From assembly GCA_977017645.1 (NCBI GenBank), contig OZ360239.1, positions 10,912,001-10,976,000 of the forward strand: a DNA stretch of 64,000 nt. The letters run 5' to 3'. This DNA is from Torpedo marmorata. Lineage: Eukaryota. The notes under the pieces were generated by a model. It made no database searches, had not been told where the DNA came from, and saw only the letters and a list, made by a program, of their open reading frames with translations. Of the stretch, positions 63,711 through 64,000 are shown piece by piece (the first letter of the stretch is position 1; every line of letters starts with the position of its first letter). The translations under genes were made by a program, and so were the position numbers.

Positions 63711-64000
63711 GCGTGAGGGAGCGTGGCAGAATGAGCGAGCGCAGCCTGACAGCTCCACCGGCCACTTTGTGACAGCGCAGCGGGGCGACGGCGCTGTCAG
63801 CGCAACGTCAATCATCTTACCTTCCTGTTTGGAGCCGCTTTCAGCGGCAATCCTTTTATGCAGGAGGTGGAGCGACTTCGCTCCACCTCTGACACTACCA
63901 CCCTAGGCGGAGGGGACCTGGAGCTACTTGGACCAGCCAATCCACCTTTGGACCTTTTATGCAGGTAAGTGGAGCTCTTAAAGGCAGAGGAAACCTGTTT

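Noticed and set aside
63400-63815. Pro/Ala-rich ORFs
   Set aside because: Translations of the 26-bp minisatellite.
51240-64000. UBTD1 exons 1-2 (WDTAPAFEG motif)
   Set aside because: Not found by eye on the minus strand; presumably beyond the right edge of the window.

Overview
Vertebrate nuclear DNA, most likely a cartilaginous fish (ray/skate). This is inferred from HE1/V-SINEs and the mix of CR1, Rex1, L1 and Penelope repeats; the species cannot be fixed from the sequence. Most of the window is transposon-derived. Three host genes can be read: (i) the last coding exon of a UBTD1-like gene (minus, 50858-51237); (ii) a multi-exon gene with five C2H2 zinc fingers on the plus strand (about 24.4-43.7 kb) that I cannot name; (iii) the TATA promoter and first two coding exons of a probable ANKRD2/MARP gene (minus, 16792 to 4657). 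UBTD1 then ANKRD2 in the same orientation matches the human order, with the zinc-finger gene lying between them. Mobile elements include a complete but frameshifted Gypsy provirus, three solo LTRs, several 5'-truncated L1s with TSDs, CR1 and Rex1 fragments, a deleted Chapaev3-like transposon, Tc2/Tigger-type MITEs, and Penelope fragments whose 3' tails carry minimal hammerhead-ribozyme motifs (at least 8 copies). All exon models were built by eye from splice sites and reading phase.
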